Part shown: positions 55,652-64,000 of the stretch, one piece after another
How the letters are laid out: each line of letters opens with the position of its first letter
Position numbering within the stretch: the stretch's first letter is position 1
Assembly (NCBI GenBank): GCA_965247115.1
Contig: CBDFGR010000003.1
Coordinates: 672,001 to 736,000, forward strand
Direction of reading: 5' to 3'
From: Myxococcota bacterium
GTDB taxonomy: Bacteria; Myxococcota_A; UBA9160; SZUA-336
Length of the DNA stretch: 64,000 bases
The notes under the pieces: model-generated
The model's input: only the letters and a program-made list of their open reading frames with translations
Database searches by the model: none
What the model was told of the DNA's origin: nothing
Position numbers and translations under genes: made by a program

Positions 55652-57976
55652 TTATTCGGGGGTGGCGGCCTCGAGACGAGTCAGAAACGCGCGCGCCGAG
55701 GCGTCATCGGGGGCCCGCTCGACGAGCTCCCGCGCGTAGCCGAGGGCCGCCCCAACCCGTCCCAGGTCCCGGCTCAAGGTCGCGAGGACCATGAGCAGCT
55801 GCCGGTCGCCCGGGTGCCGGGCCAGGGACTCCGTCAGGACCGCGATAGCGCGTTCGCTCTGACTCGCGGAGTGAAGCGCGACGCCATACACGTATGCGTA
55901 GCGCGGGCGTTCGGGCGCGAGCTCGGCGGCGCGCGCGAGTGAGTCGAGAGCGCCGTCGAGGCCCCCGCGCCGAACGAGCGTGAGACCCAGGGCGTGATGC
56001 GCCTCAGCGGCGTCGGGCACGAGCTCCAGTGCTCGCCGCAACACGCGCTCCGCCTGCTCGTCGCGCCCTTCCTGGCGGTGGAGATCCGCCAGGTTGACAT
56101 AGGTAGGGGCGAACCGGGGCGCCAGCTGCAAGGCTCGCGTGTAGGCGTCGCGGGCAAGTTCGAGCTCGCCTCGTCGGGCGTGCAGGATGCCGAGGTTCAA
56201 GTGCGCGGTCGGCCCGTCCGCGTTCGCGAGCTGCGCCTCCTTATACTCGGCGAGCGCAGCGCCCAGAGCCGGACGATCTCCCGGCGCAAGGCGCTCCAGT
56301 GGTGCATCGGCCAGGAGTCGCGCAGCCTCTATCCGAACGGCCAGGAACGGATCGCGCAGCAGCGGCGTTGCGAGGCGCAAGCGAGCCCCCGGCTCGATGC
56401 TCTCTGCCGCTTCGAGGGCGGCCATCCGAACCAGGCCATCGGCGTCCCTCGTTCCGCGGGCCACGGCGTCGGCGGTCCGCGGCCCGGGCGCATCCCGCAG
56501 AAGCCGCAGCGCGGTGGCACGTGCGATGCCTGGCTGAGTCACGTCGGCCGCCAGCTCGGAGAGGGAGCGCTCCGCGTCGGGCAGCTGCCTCCTGCCCGCG
56601 TGAAGAGCGTTCGCGAAGTGCGCCCGCCCGGCGGACTCGGGTCCCCACCAACGCTCGCTGGCCGCGGCGGCCCAGGACGCCGGGCGATCCAGGTGACAGC
56701 CGGTGCAGGCGTTCGGGGTGTCGATCGCAACGCTCAGATCGGGGCGCGGAACCCGCAAGGAGTGATCGCGTCGTGCGTCGACTCCCATGTAGGTGCGAGC
56801 GGGCATGTGGCACTCGACGCAGCTCGCGCCGGTCGACTCGGGCTCGTGGAAGTGATGCGAGGACGACGCGAATACCTCAGGACGGTGACATCCGGAGCAG
56901 GTCTCGTCCGGGTTGGCGGCGACGGCGAGAGCGTGCGGATCGTGACAGTCTCCGCACGAAACTCCCGCGGCATACATGCGACTCTGGAGGAACGAGCCGT
57001 ACACGTAGACTTCGTCGAGGATCTGGCCGTCCGCGTGATAGAGCGGCTCGTCGAGAAGAGCCGGGCGGTAGCTGTCGAGCAGCGGCTTGCCCCAGCGATA
57101 GGTGCCACGAAGTACGGTGCGGCGCGAGTGACAGCGAGCACAGGTCTCGAGCTCGACGTTCGCCTCGCGCTCGCGTGTTCGCCGGGCAATCGCCGCTCCC
57201 GGGTCGAAGACCCACCCGGCTGGCTGCCGTTCGCGCAGCTGGACGACGAAGCCATTGCCAGCGTCCCCCTCCGGGACCTCTTGCGCGGCGGCGATCGACT
57301 GACGCACGTGCTCCGAGCCCGGGCCGTGGCAGGCCTCGCACGCCACGTCGAGCTCCGCCCAGCCGGTGTCGTAGCGGTCCTGCTCCGGCAGATAGCCTCT
57401 GCGCAGGTCGGTCGAGTGGCAGTCCGCACACATGAAGTTCCAGCGCTGGTTCCGTCCGGTCCAGTGCAGCTCGTCGTCGGGCGGGATGGTCTCGTCGGGA
57501 TAGAGATGGAACCAGCGCTGCCCGCCGACGCTGGCAGGGCGGGTGTCCCAGGCGACCCCGAAGGCCTGCACCCTGCCACCCGGCAGGCGGATCAGGTACT
57601 GCTGCAGCGGCTCGACCCCAAAGGCATAGGCGACCTCGTAGTCCCCCTGCTCTCCCTCTGGCCCTTCCGTGTTCACGAAGAAGCGGCCCCCGCTCCGGAA
57701 GAACCTCGAAGTCACGCCGCGATGCGTGAAGCTCGCAGCCTGGAAGTCACCCAGCACGGACGCGCTGGTCGCCTCCTGCATCGCCAGGTCGTGATGCGAG
57801 CCGCGCCAGCGCTCCAGCTCCCGTACATGGCAGCCCCCACAAACAGCGACCCCCACGAACACCGGCTCGGACACCTCGGCTCCCGGCCCGCCGGTGTGCG
57901 ACTCATCGGTACAGCTCGCGAGAGCCAGCATCAGCGCCACCACCAGGGCTCGCGGCGGCAGACCAGACCGTCTCAT
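55652..57976 (-). CDS. Octaheme c-type cytochrome lipoprotein with HEAT and TPR repeats
   Basis: Lipobox LASC; eight CxxCH (CGGCH, CADCH, CEACH, CARCH, CGDCH, CSGCH, CVECH, CTGCH); C-terminal TPRs. Confidence 0.92.
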   Translation of the reverse strand: MRRSGLPPRALVVALMLALASCTDESHTGGPGAEVSEPVFVGVAVCGGCHVRELERWRGSHHDLAMQEATSASVLGDFQAASFTHRGVTSRFFRSGGRFFVNTEGPEGEQGDYEVAYAFGVEPLQQYLIRLPGGRVQAFGVAWDTRPASVGGQRWFHLYPDETIPPDDELHWTGRNQRWNFMCADCHSTDLRRGYLPEQDRYDTGWAELDVACEACHGPGSEHVRQSIAAAQEVPEGDAGNGFVVQLRERQPAGWVFDPGAAIARRTREREANVELETCARCHSRRTVLRGTYRWGKPLLDSYRPALLDEPLYHADGQILDEVYVYGSFLQSRMYAAGVSCGDCHDPHALAVAANPDETCSGCHRPEVFASSSHHFHEPESTGASCVECHMPARTYMGVDARRDHSLRVPRPDLSVAIDTPNACTGCHLDRPASWAAAASERWWGPESAGRAHFANALHAGRRQLPDAERSLSELAADVTQPGIARATALRLLRDAPGPRTADAVARGTRDADGLVRMAALEAAESIEPGARLRLATPLLRDPFLAVRIEAARLLADAPLERLAPGDRPALGAALAEYKEAQLANADGPTAHLNLGILHARRGELELARDAYTRALQLAPRFAPTYVNLADLHRQEGRDEQAERVLRRALELVPDAAEAHHALGLTLVRRGGLDGALDSLARAAELAPERPRYAYVYGVALHSASQSERAIAVLTESLARHPGDRQLLMVLATLSRDLGRVGAALGYARELVERAPDDASARAFLTRLEAATPE

Positions 57977-58108
57977 CGCGGCAGTCTACCGTAGGGCCCT
58001 CTGCGGAAGCGGTGGGTTTCCGCTTCGGACGCGCGAGGCATACAATCTCGGCGTGGGAAACTTAATGCCGGGTTCCGCGAAGGCGGTCCGGCGGGAGGGC
58101 CAGCCGCA

Positions 58109-59476
58109 ATGTCGGACATCGGATCGAGAACAGCTCGGCTTCTGGGAACGCTCCCGCTCATCACGGCACTGCTCGGGGTCTCGGCTCCTGCCGGCGCCGA
58201 CGAGACCTGCCTCTCGCCCTACATGGCGAAGATCGTGGGGCAGGAGCAGTTCGTATACGTCTGGACGCTCGGCATGGAGGGCCTCGGTGACGAGCAGGAC
58301 AAGCTCGTCACGATCGACGCGGATCCGGACTCGAGTAGCTTCGGCAAGGTGGTCCACAGCCTGCCGGTGGGCGGGCGGAACGAGGCGCACCACTCCGGCT
58401 TGACGGACGATCGGCGCTACCTGTGGGCGGGGGGTCTGGATACGAGCCAGATCTTCATCTTCGACATCCACTCGAACCCCGCGCGCCCCGAGCTGTCTCG
58501 AGTGGTGGGCGACTTCGTCGCGCGCAGCGGCGGAGTCGTGGGGCCACACACGTTCTACGCGCTGCCGGGTCGCATGCTGATCACGGCCCTCTCGAACAAT
58601 CGGGACCACGGCGGCCGCTCGGCCCTGGTGGAGTACACGAATGCCGGGGAGTACGTGGCCACCCACTGGATCCCGCACGAGGAGGACCTGCAGGGCAGCG
58701 TCAAGACCGGACAGTACGCGGACGGCTACAGCTACGACGCGCGCGTTCAGCCGCGACTCAACGCCATGCTCACGAGCTCGTTCACAGGCTGGTCCAACTA
58801 CATGATGGACTTCGGCAAGATGCTCCGGGATGAGACTGCCATGCAGCGCTTCGGCCAGACCGTCGTGCTCTGGGATCTTCACAGCCGCAAGCCGAAGCAG
58901 ATCTTCGACGTGCCCGGCGCCCCTCTCGAGATTCGCTGGGCCTGGGGACCGAGCAACAACTACGCCTTCACGTCCACCGCCCTGACCTCCCAGCTCTGGC
59001 TCATCGAGATGCGCGAGAGCGGGGAGTGGAACGCGAGCGCAGTGGCGGACATCGGCGACCCCGCGCAGATCCCGCTCCCCGTCGACATCTCGATCTCGTC
59101 CGACGATTCGCGGCTCTGGGTCGACACGTTCCTGGACGGTACCACGCGACTCTTCGACATCAGCGATCCGCGCGAGCCGAAGCAGATCTACTCGAAGAAG
59201 ATCGGCTCGCACCTCAACATGGTTTCTCAGAGCTGGGACGGAGAGCGCGTCTACTTCAGCAGCTCGCTGCTCGCCAACTGGGACAAGAAGGGTGCGGAGA
59301 ACGAGCAGTTCGTCAAGCTCTACCGCTGGAACGGCACGGAGCTCGAGCACGTCTGGACGGTCGACTTCATCGAGCAGAAGCTGGGGCGCGCTCACCAGAT
59401 GCGCTTTGGCTCCCGCGCGCTGTACGCCACACCGAAGCCGGGAACGGAGCGGACGAGCACGGTAGCCGTGAGGTAA
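58109..59476 (+). CDS. mtoX: Methanethiol oxidase / selenium-binding protein (SBP56 family), exported
   Basis: Signal peptide then DETCLSPY; GRNEAHH, GPHT, SSFTGWSNY, PLEIRW, LLANWDK; adjacent SCO/MauG gene. Confidence 0.88.
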   Translation: MSDIGSRTARLLGTLPLITALLGVSAPAGADETCLSPYMAKIVGQEQFVYVWTLGMEGLGDEQDKLVTIDADPDSSSFGKVVHSLPVGGRNEAHHSGLTDDRRYLWAGGLDTSQIFIFDIHSNPARPELSRVVGDFVARSGGVVGPHTFYALPGRMLITALSNNRDHGGRSALVEYTNAGEYVATHWIPHEEDLQGSVKTGQYADGYSYDARVQPRLNAMLTSSFTGWSNYMMDFGKMLRDETAMQRFGQTVVLWDLHSRKPKQIFDVPGAPLEIRWAWGPSNNYAFTSTALTSQLWLIEMRESGEWNASAVADIGDPAQIPLPVDISISSDDSRLWVDTFLDGTTRLFDISDPREPKQIYSKKIGSHLNMVSQSWDGERVYFSSSLLANWDKKGAENEQFVKLYRWNGTELEHVWTVDFIEQKLGRAHQMRFGSRALYATPKPGTERTSTVAVR

Positions 59477-59483
59477 GCCGGGC

Positions 59484-61310
59484 GTGCCTCTCAGCCGGTT
59501 CCTGCTCACGTGTCTCCTGCTGGTGGGTGCCACAGGAGGACTCGCCGGCGCGCACGAGGCGCACACGGACAGCGAGGTCCTGACGCCGAGCCTGGGATCG
59601 ATGGCGTTCGATCCTCCGCAACCCGGGTCCTACACGCTTCCCGTGCTCGGCGCGGCTGGCGACGGCACCGTACTCGATGTGGAGGGAGTGACCGAGCGGC
59701 TGCACACGTTGTACGCCGGCAGGATCGTGCTGTTGGCCTTCGTCTACAGCAGCTGCACGGACGCGAAAGGCTGCCCGCTCGCCCTCGCCGTCCTGAACCA
59801 GGTCAAGAGCCGCTTCGAGCTGGAGCAGGCGCTCTGGCGGGAGGCGCGTCTACTGACGCTCAGCTTCGACCCCGAGCGAGATACCCCAGCCGTGATGCGG
59901 GCGTACGGCGCGGGCTTCCGTACACGGAACTCCGACTGGCGCTTTCTGACTACGGCCTCCACGAGCGAACTCACCCCAATCCTGGAAGCGTACGGTCAGC
60001 CCATCCAGAGCGAGTACGATGCCGAGGGCAGAGCCACCGGGCAGTTTGCGCACGTCCTGCGGGTGTTCCTGATCGACAAGCAGCGGCGGATCCGCAACGT
60101 CTACAGCAGCTCCTTCCTCCACGCGGACCTGCTGCTGAACGACGTGCGCACGCTCCTCCTCGAAGAGCACAACGATGTAGCGGCGCCCCGCGCAAAGCGA
60201 CCCGTTCGAGGGGAAGCGCCCGTCGACTTGCGCGCCCTCGCAGAGCGGCCCTCGCTCGGCCTGCCCGCCGTACCCGTCCCGGCGGACAACTCGCTCACGA
60301 CGGACAGGATCGCCCTGGGACGCAAGCTCTTCTTCGATCGCCGCCTCTCACACAACGGCACGATCTCCTGCGCCATGTGCCACATCCCCGAGCAGGGCTT
60401 CACAAACCAGGAGCTCGCAACGGCCGTGGGGATCGAGGGCCGCACCGTCCGCCGCAACGCGCCTACGCTCTACAACGTCGGCTACGCCGAGCGCCTCCTC
60501 CACGACGGACGCGAGAGCCGCCTGGAGCGGCAGGTGTGGGGCCCGCTGCTCGCCAGGAACGAGATGGGCAACCCCGCAGTAGGCACCGTGCTCGAGCGCC
60601 TCGAGGCCCTGCCCGACTACGAGGGACTGTTCGAGCAGGCCTTTGCCGGCAGAGGCCCGGGAATGGAGACGCTGGGGATGGCGCTGGCGAGCTATGAGCG
60701 CACGCTGATCGCGGGCAACAGCCCGTTCGACCGCTGGCACTTCGCTGGCGAGACCGATGCGCTCAGCCCAGCAGCGGTGCGTGGTTTTCACCTCTTCTCG
60801 ACCGCGGCCGCGTGCGTGTCCTGCCACCGGATCGACCGCGAGACTGCGCTCTTCACCGACCACCGCATGCACAACACGGGGATCGGCTACGAGCGCTCGA
60901 TGGGAGCGGGCCCGACGCGGCAGAGAATCGAGATCGCTCCGGGAACCTACGTTGAGCTGGAAGGCAAGACGCTCGAGTCGATCTCCGAGACTCCTCCGAG
61001 CGACCTCGGGCTCTACGAAATCACACTCGATCCGCGTGATCGCTGGAGGTACAAGACACCCTCGCTGCGCAACGTCGCTCTCACCCCTCCGTACATGCAC
61101 GACGGCTCGCTCGCCACACTGCGCCAGGTCGTCGACTTCTACAACGCGGGTGGGATCGAAAACGAGACGCTCGACCCCTTGATGCGACCGCTCGGGCTGA
61201 GTAGTCAGGATGTCGAGGATCTGGTGGCCTTTCTCGAATCGCTCAGTGGAGACAACGTGGATCTTCTGGTCCGGGACGCTCTGTCCGCGCCGATCGGCGA
61301 CCCGCGCTAG
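59484..61310 (+). CDS. SCO copper chaperone - MauG/cytochrome c peroxidase fusion
   Basis: SCO: FVYSSCTDAKGC, LSFDPERD, HVLRVFLID; MauG: LGRKLFFDRRLS, CAMCH, CVSCH, KTPSLRNVALTPPYMHDG. Confidence 0.92.
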   Translation: MPLSRFLLTCLLLVGATGGLAGAHEAHTDSEVLTPSLGSMAFDPPQPGSYTLPVLGAAGDGTVLDVEGVTERLHTLYAGRIVLLAFVYSSCTDAKGCPLALAVLNQVKSRFELEQALWREARLLTLSFDPERDTPAVMRAYGAGFRTRNSDWRFLTTASTSELTPILEAYGQPIQSEYDAEGRATGQFAHVLRVFLIDKQRRIRNVYSSSFLHADLLLNDVRTLLLEEHNDVAAPRAKRPVRGEAPVDLRALAERPSLGLPAVPVPADNSLTTDRIALGRKLFFDRRLSHNGTISCAMCHIPEQGFTNQELATAVGIEGRTVRRNAPTLYNVGYAERLLHDGRESRLERQVWGPLLARNEMGNPAVGTVLERLEALPDYEGLFEQAFAGRGPGMETLGMALASYERTLIAGNSPFDRWHFAGETDALSPAAVRGFHLFSTAAACVSCHRIDRETALFTDHRMHNTGIGYERSMGAGPTRQRIEIAPGTYVELEGKTLESISETPPSDLGLYEITLDPRDRWRYKTPSLRNVALTPPYMHDGSLATLRQVVDFYNAGGIENETLDPLMRPLGLSSQDVEDLVAFLESLSGDNVDLLVRDALSAPIGDPR

Positions 61311-62101
61311 GGGCGAGCTACAACGGGGCGGACACCCGGCGTCTTCCAGCGCGAAAGGCCGCTCGGCTGGTACGTGAGGACCACAGCGCGTCGACTTCCC
61401 GTGCTCCCGTTGCTGCGCGAGCCGTGCACGACGTAGCCGTCGAAGAAGATCACGGATCCGGCTGGTGCCTCGATCGGTAGCGGCTCCGGCTCCTCGATCG
61501 TGGAGAGATCCGTGTACAGGCGGCCGAGCACGCCACGATCTTCGAGGACAGGCAGGTTCCCCTGCGTGTGAGAGCCGGGAATCACCCAGAGGCAGCCGTT
61601 GTCTACGCGCGCGTCGTCCAGATAGATCTGCAGGCTCGAGAGTCGATCGAGGTGGTCGCAGCCGAACGCCCAGTACGGTGCGTCCTGATGCCACGGGAAG
61701 GGCGCACCGAGAGGTCGTTTGAAGTTCAGCTTGTCCGTGAAGAGGCTGACCGCATCCGTGCCCAGGATGTCCAGCGCCGGTCCCCACGAGCGGGGATCAT
61801 CAACGAGGGCATCCAGGCGCCGATCGAGGTGCGTAACGGGCTCCATCGAGCGGATCTCCCGCGCCCCCGCGCGCCACTCCCACTTGATGGTCGAGCCGAG
61901 CAGCTCCTGGTACGGCTTGTCGTCGATCCACTCGATCGGCTCGGCTCCGGCTCCTGCTCCCGCAGCGACAACGGCGTCGTGAATGCCCTCGACCGCCTCA
62001 CGCAGGGGGTCGAGCTCATGCTCCGCGAATACCGCGCGACGAAGGAAGAAGCCGTCTGCTCGATAGCTCCGACGCTCAGCGCCTGTTGCCCCCTCGCCCA
62101 A
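61307..62101 (-). CDS. Phytanoyl-CoA dioxygenase (PhyH) family protein
   Basis: WHQD, DNGCLWVIPGSH, VHGS..N..RR. Confidence 0.92.
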   Translation of the reverse strand: MGEGATGAERRSYRADGFFLRRAVFAEHELDPLREAVEGIHDAVVAAGAGAGAEPIEWIDDKPYQELLGSTIKWEWRAGAREIRSMEPVTHLDRRLDALVDDPRSWGPALDILGTDAVSLFTDKLNFKRPLGAPFPWHQDAPYWAFGCDHLDRLSSLQIYLDDARVDNGCLWVIPGSHTQGNLPVLEDRGVLGRLYTDLSTIEEPEPLPIEAPAGSVIFFDGYVVHGSRSNGSTGSRRAVVLTYQPSGLSRWKTPGVRPVVARP

Positions 62102-62161
62102 GCCGCTCTCCTCTCACGATCCAGCTTGCAGGCGCCGCCCCGAGCAGTCAACCTCCTCGCC

Positions 62162-63103
62162 GTGATCATCGTGACGGGCGGGGCGGGCTTCATCGGCAGC
62201 AGCCTGGTGAAGGCACTCAACGACCGGGGACGAACGGACATCCTGGTCGTGGACGAGCTGATGGACGGCCGGAAGTTCCGGAACCTCGTCGACTGCGAGC
62301 TCATCGACCTGGTCGACAAGGACGACTTTCGAGAGCGGCTGCTCTGGGGGGAAGAGATCGGTCACGTCGATGCCGTCTTTCACCAGGGCGCGTGCTCCAA
62401 CACCATGGAGTGGGACGGCCAGTACCTGCTGCGAACAAACTACGAGTACTCGAAGGCACTCCTCGATTTCTGTGAAGTCCGCGGCATACCGCTCATCTAC
62501 GCCTCGTCCGCGGCGGTGTACGGAGCCGGCCCGGAGTTCCGGGAGGACCCTCACTGCGAGTCCCCACTCAACATGTACGCGTACTCCAAGCTCCTGTTCG
62601 ACCAGTACGTGCGGAGGCGCTCGGATCAAAGCCGCTCTCAAGTAGTCGGGCTGCGCTACTTCAACGTCTACGGCGTGCGCGAGCAGGCGAAGGACGAGAT
62701 GGCCAGTGTGGCGTTCAAGCTGAATCGTCAGCTGGGGGAAGGCTCGCGGGTTACTCTGTTCGAAGGCTCGGACGGCTACCCGGACGGTGGCCAGCTCCGG
62801 GACTTCGTCTACGTCGGCGACGTCTGCAACGTGAACCTCTGGCTTCTGGAGCACCCGCAGGTGAACGGCGTCTTCAACGTCGGCTCAGGTCGCGCACAGA
62901 GCTTCAACGAGGTGGCCCGTGCCGTGATCGGCTATCACGGGCGCGGTGAGATCGAGTACGTCCCTATCCCGGCCGAGCTGCGCGATTCCTACCAGAGCTT
63001 TACGCAGGCCGATCTCACGGCGCTGCGAAGGGCCGGATACGAGGCCCCCTTCCTCGCTGTAGAAGAAGGGGTACCTCTCACGCTGAAAGAGCTGAACGCC
63101 TAG
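62162..63103 (+). CDS. hldD: ADP-L-glycero-D-manno-heptose 6-epimerase
   Basis: IIVTGGAGFIGS, FHQGACS, YASSAAVYG, YAYSK, GLRYFNVYG..KDEMASV, YQSFTQAD. Confidence 0.95.
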   Translation: MIIVTGGAGFIGSSLVKALNDRGRTDILVVDELMDGRKFRNLVDCELIDLVDKDDFRERLLWGEEIGHVDAVFHQGACSNTMEWDGQYLLRTNYEYSKALLDFCEVRGIPLIYASSAAVYGAGPEFREDPHCESPLNMYAYSKLLFDQYVRRRSDQSRSQVVGLRYFNVYGVREQAKDEMASVAFKLNRQLGEGSRVTLFEGSDGYPDGGQLRDFVYVGDVCNVNLWLLEHPQVNGVFNVGSGRAQSFNEVARAVIGYHGRGEIEYVPIPAELRDSYQSFTQADLTALRRAGYEAPFLAVEEGVPLTLKELNA

Positions 63104-63110
63104 ACGCCTG

Positions 63111-63140
63111 CTCGCAGCGAGACGTCTTCTCGCTTGCGAG
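63111..63140. terminator. Hairpin between convergent hldD and hsp20 genes
   Basis: CTCGCAGCGAGA / TCTCGCTTGCGAG inverted repeat; no U tract. Confidence 0.45.
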
Positions 63141-63143
63141 ACG

Positions 63144-63518
63144 TCAGCTCGCGGCGACCTCGATGCGCCGGGCTTGCGCCCTGGCGACCTTCGGCAGCTC
63201 GAGCTCCAGGACTCCGTCGCGCATGCTGGCCCGGATCCCCTCGAGGTCGATCGAGTTCGAGAGGGTGAAGCGCTTCAGGTAGTTGCCTACGCGGTACTCC
63301 GTGTAGACGGGCGACAGGTTCTCGTAGTCCTCTGCGGACGCGCTTCCGGCCACAGACAGGACGCCGTCGTGCAGGTGAACGTCGACGGAACTGTCCTCTA
63401 CGCCGGGCATGTCCGCCCAGAGCCAGAGCTTGTCCTCCGTCTCCCAGATGTCCACGTGCGGCTCGTAGACCCGCCCCGGGCGTGTCGTCTCGGTGGACTG
63501 TTCGGCTTGCTCGCTCAT
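63144..63518 (-). CDS. Hsp20/alpha-crystallin small heat shock protein
   Basis: PHVDIWET, ADMPGV, GVLELELPK. Confidence 0.93.
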   Translation of the reverse strand: MSEQAEQSTETTRPGRVYEPHVDIWETEDKLWLWADMPGVEDSSVDVHLHDGVLSVAGSASAEDYENLSPVYTEYRVGNYLKRFTLSNSIDLEGIRASMRDGVLELELPKVARAQARRIEVAAS

Positions 63519-63961
63519 GCTGTCTTCACCTCGATCTGGCGAGGGCGTACCTCCTCGCGCAGGGGGATGCGGACGGTCAGGACGCCGTTCTTGCACGTGG
63601 CAGCCGCGCGCGATGTGTCGAACTCCCGCGGAACGTGCAGGGAGCGCGAGAACTCTCCGTGCGCGCGTTCGCGCCGATGAGCACTTGCACCCGCCGGAGG
63701 AGCGGTTTCGCGCTTGCCGGAAATCACGAGATCCTGGTTCCGACCCTCGACCTCGATGGCTTCGGGCGAAAAGCCGGGAACCTCGGCGCGAATGACGAGC
63801 CCGTCGTCATCGCGGAACACGTTCACGGGCGGGCTGGCTCCTCGACCCGACAGGCCGAGCTCGAAGCCGCGTGGCTTCTCGAACACGCCCTCCAGCCGGT
63901 CCTGGAGGCGCAGCAGGGCATCCACGGGATCGCGGTCCCAAGAATGAGAGAAAAGGGGCAT
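63515..63961 (-). CDS. Hsp20/alpha-crystallin small heat shock protein
   Basis: PPVNV, AEVPG, HRRERAHGEFSR, NGVLTVRIP; GGAGG RBS. Confidence 0.93.
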   Translation of the reverse strand: MPLFSHSWDRDPVDALLRLQDRLEGVFEKPRGFELGLSGRGASPPVNVFRDDDGLVIRAEVPGFSPEAIEVEGRNQDLVISGKRETAPPAGASAHRRERAHGEFSRSLHVPREFDTSRAAATCKNGVLTVRIPLREEVRPRQIEVKTA

Positions 63962-64000
63962 GGGTTACCTCCACTTCGCCGGCTTTCGTTCGTCCGGCTT

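Noticed and set aside
55994..59566. Long antisense ORFs (55994-57994, 57986-59566; likewise 27588-29258, 43236-45173)
   Set aside because: Shadow frames of well-supported genes in GC-rich DNA with no motifs of their own

Overview
GC-rich DNA from a diderm bacterium (TonB-dependent receptor and LPS heptose epimerase hldD are present; a Myxococcota/deltaproteobacteria-like origin is my inference). Bases 1-16.7 kb look like an integrative island. It starts with a tyrosine integrase and ends at a duplicated 3' fragment of tRNA-Ser(CGA) preceded by 10-bp-periodic GGAC repeats. Its cargo includes a peptidase-TPR-vWA lipoprotein and a 2098-aa signal-peptide-bearing SpvB/FG-GAP/RHS protein. That protein has two predicted membrane helices inserted in its RHS shell, a JAMM-motif tip and exported immunity-like neighbours. 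The island also holds attC-like remnants and a cargo gene bracketed by a ~66-bp direct repeat. The backbone that follows carries fumC, tenA and a Rieske ferredoxin. A second, solitary tyrosine recombinase sits next to a ~450-nt non-coding tract full of nested stems (candidate ncRNA; my top lead, unverified). Next come a TonB-dependent receptor and two tandem paralogous cyclase-like/Ser-Thr kinase/TM/WD40 receptor genes. After those lie an acyl-CoA catabolic region, a MerR/MerF-like metal module with a textbook operator, an octaheme-TPR cytochrome, a methanethiol oxidase with an SCO-MauG fusion, hldD and two Hsp20 genes. Several genes break at single-base losses in G/C runs, which points to long-read sequence error rather than pseudogenisation. 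All calls come from reading motifs by eye; no searches or folding programs were run.
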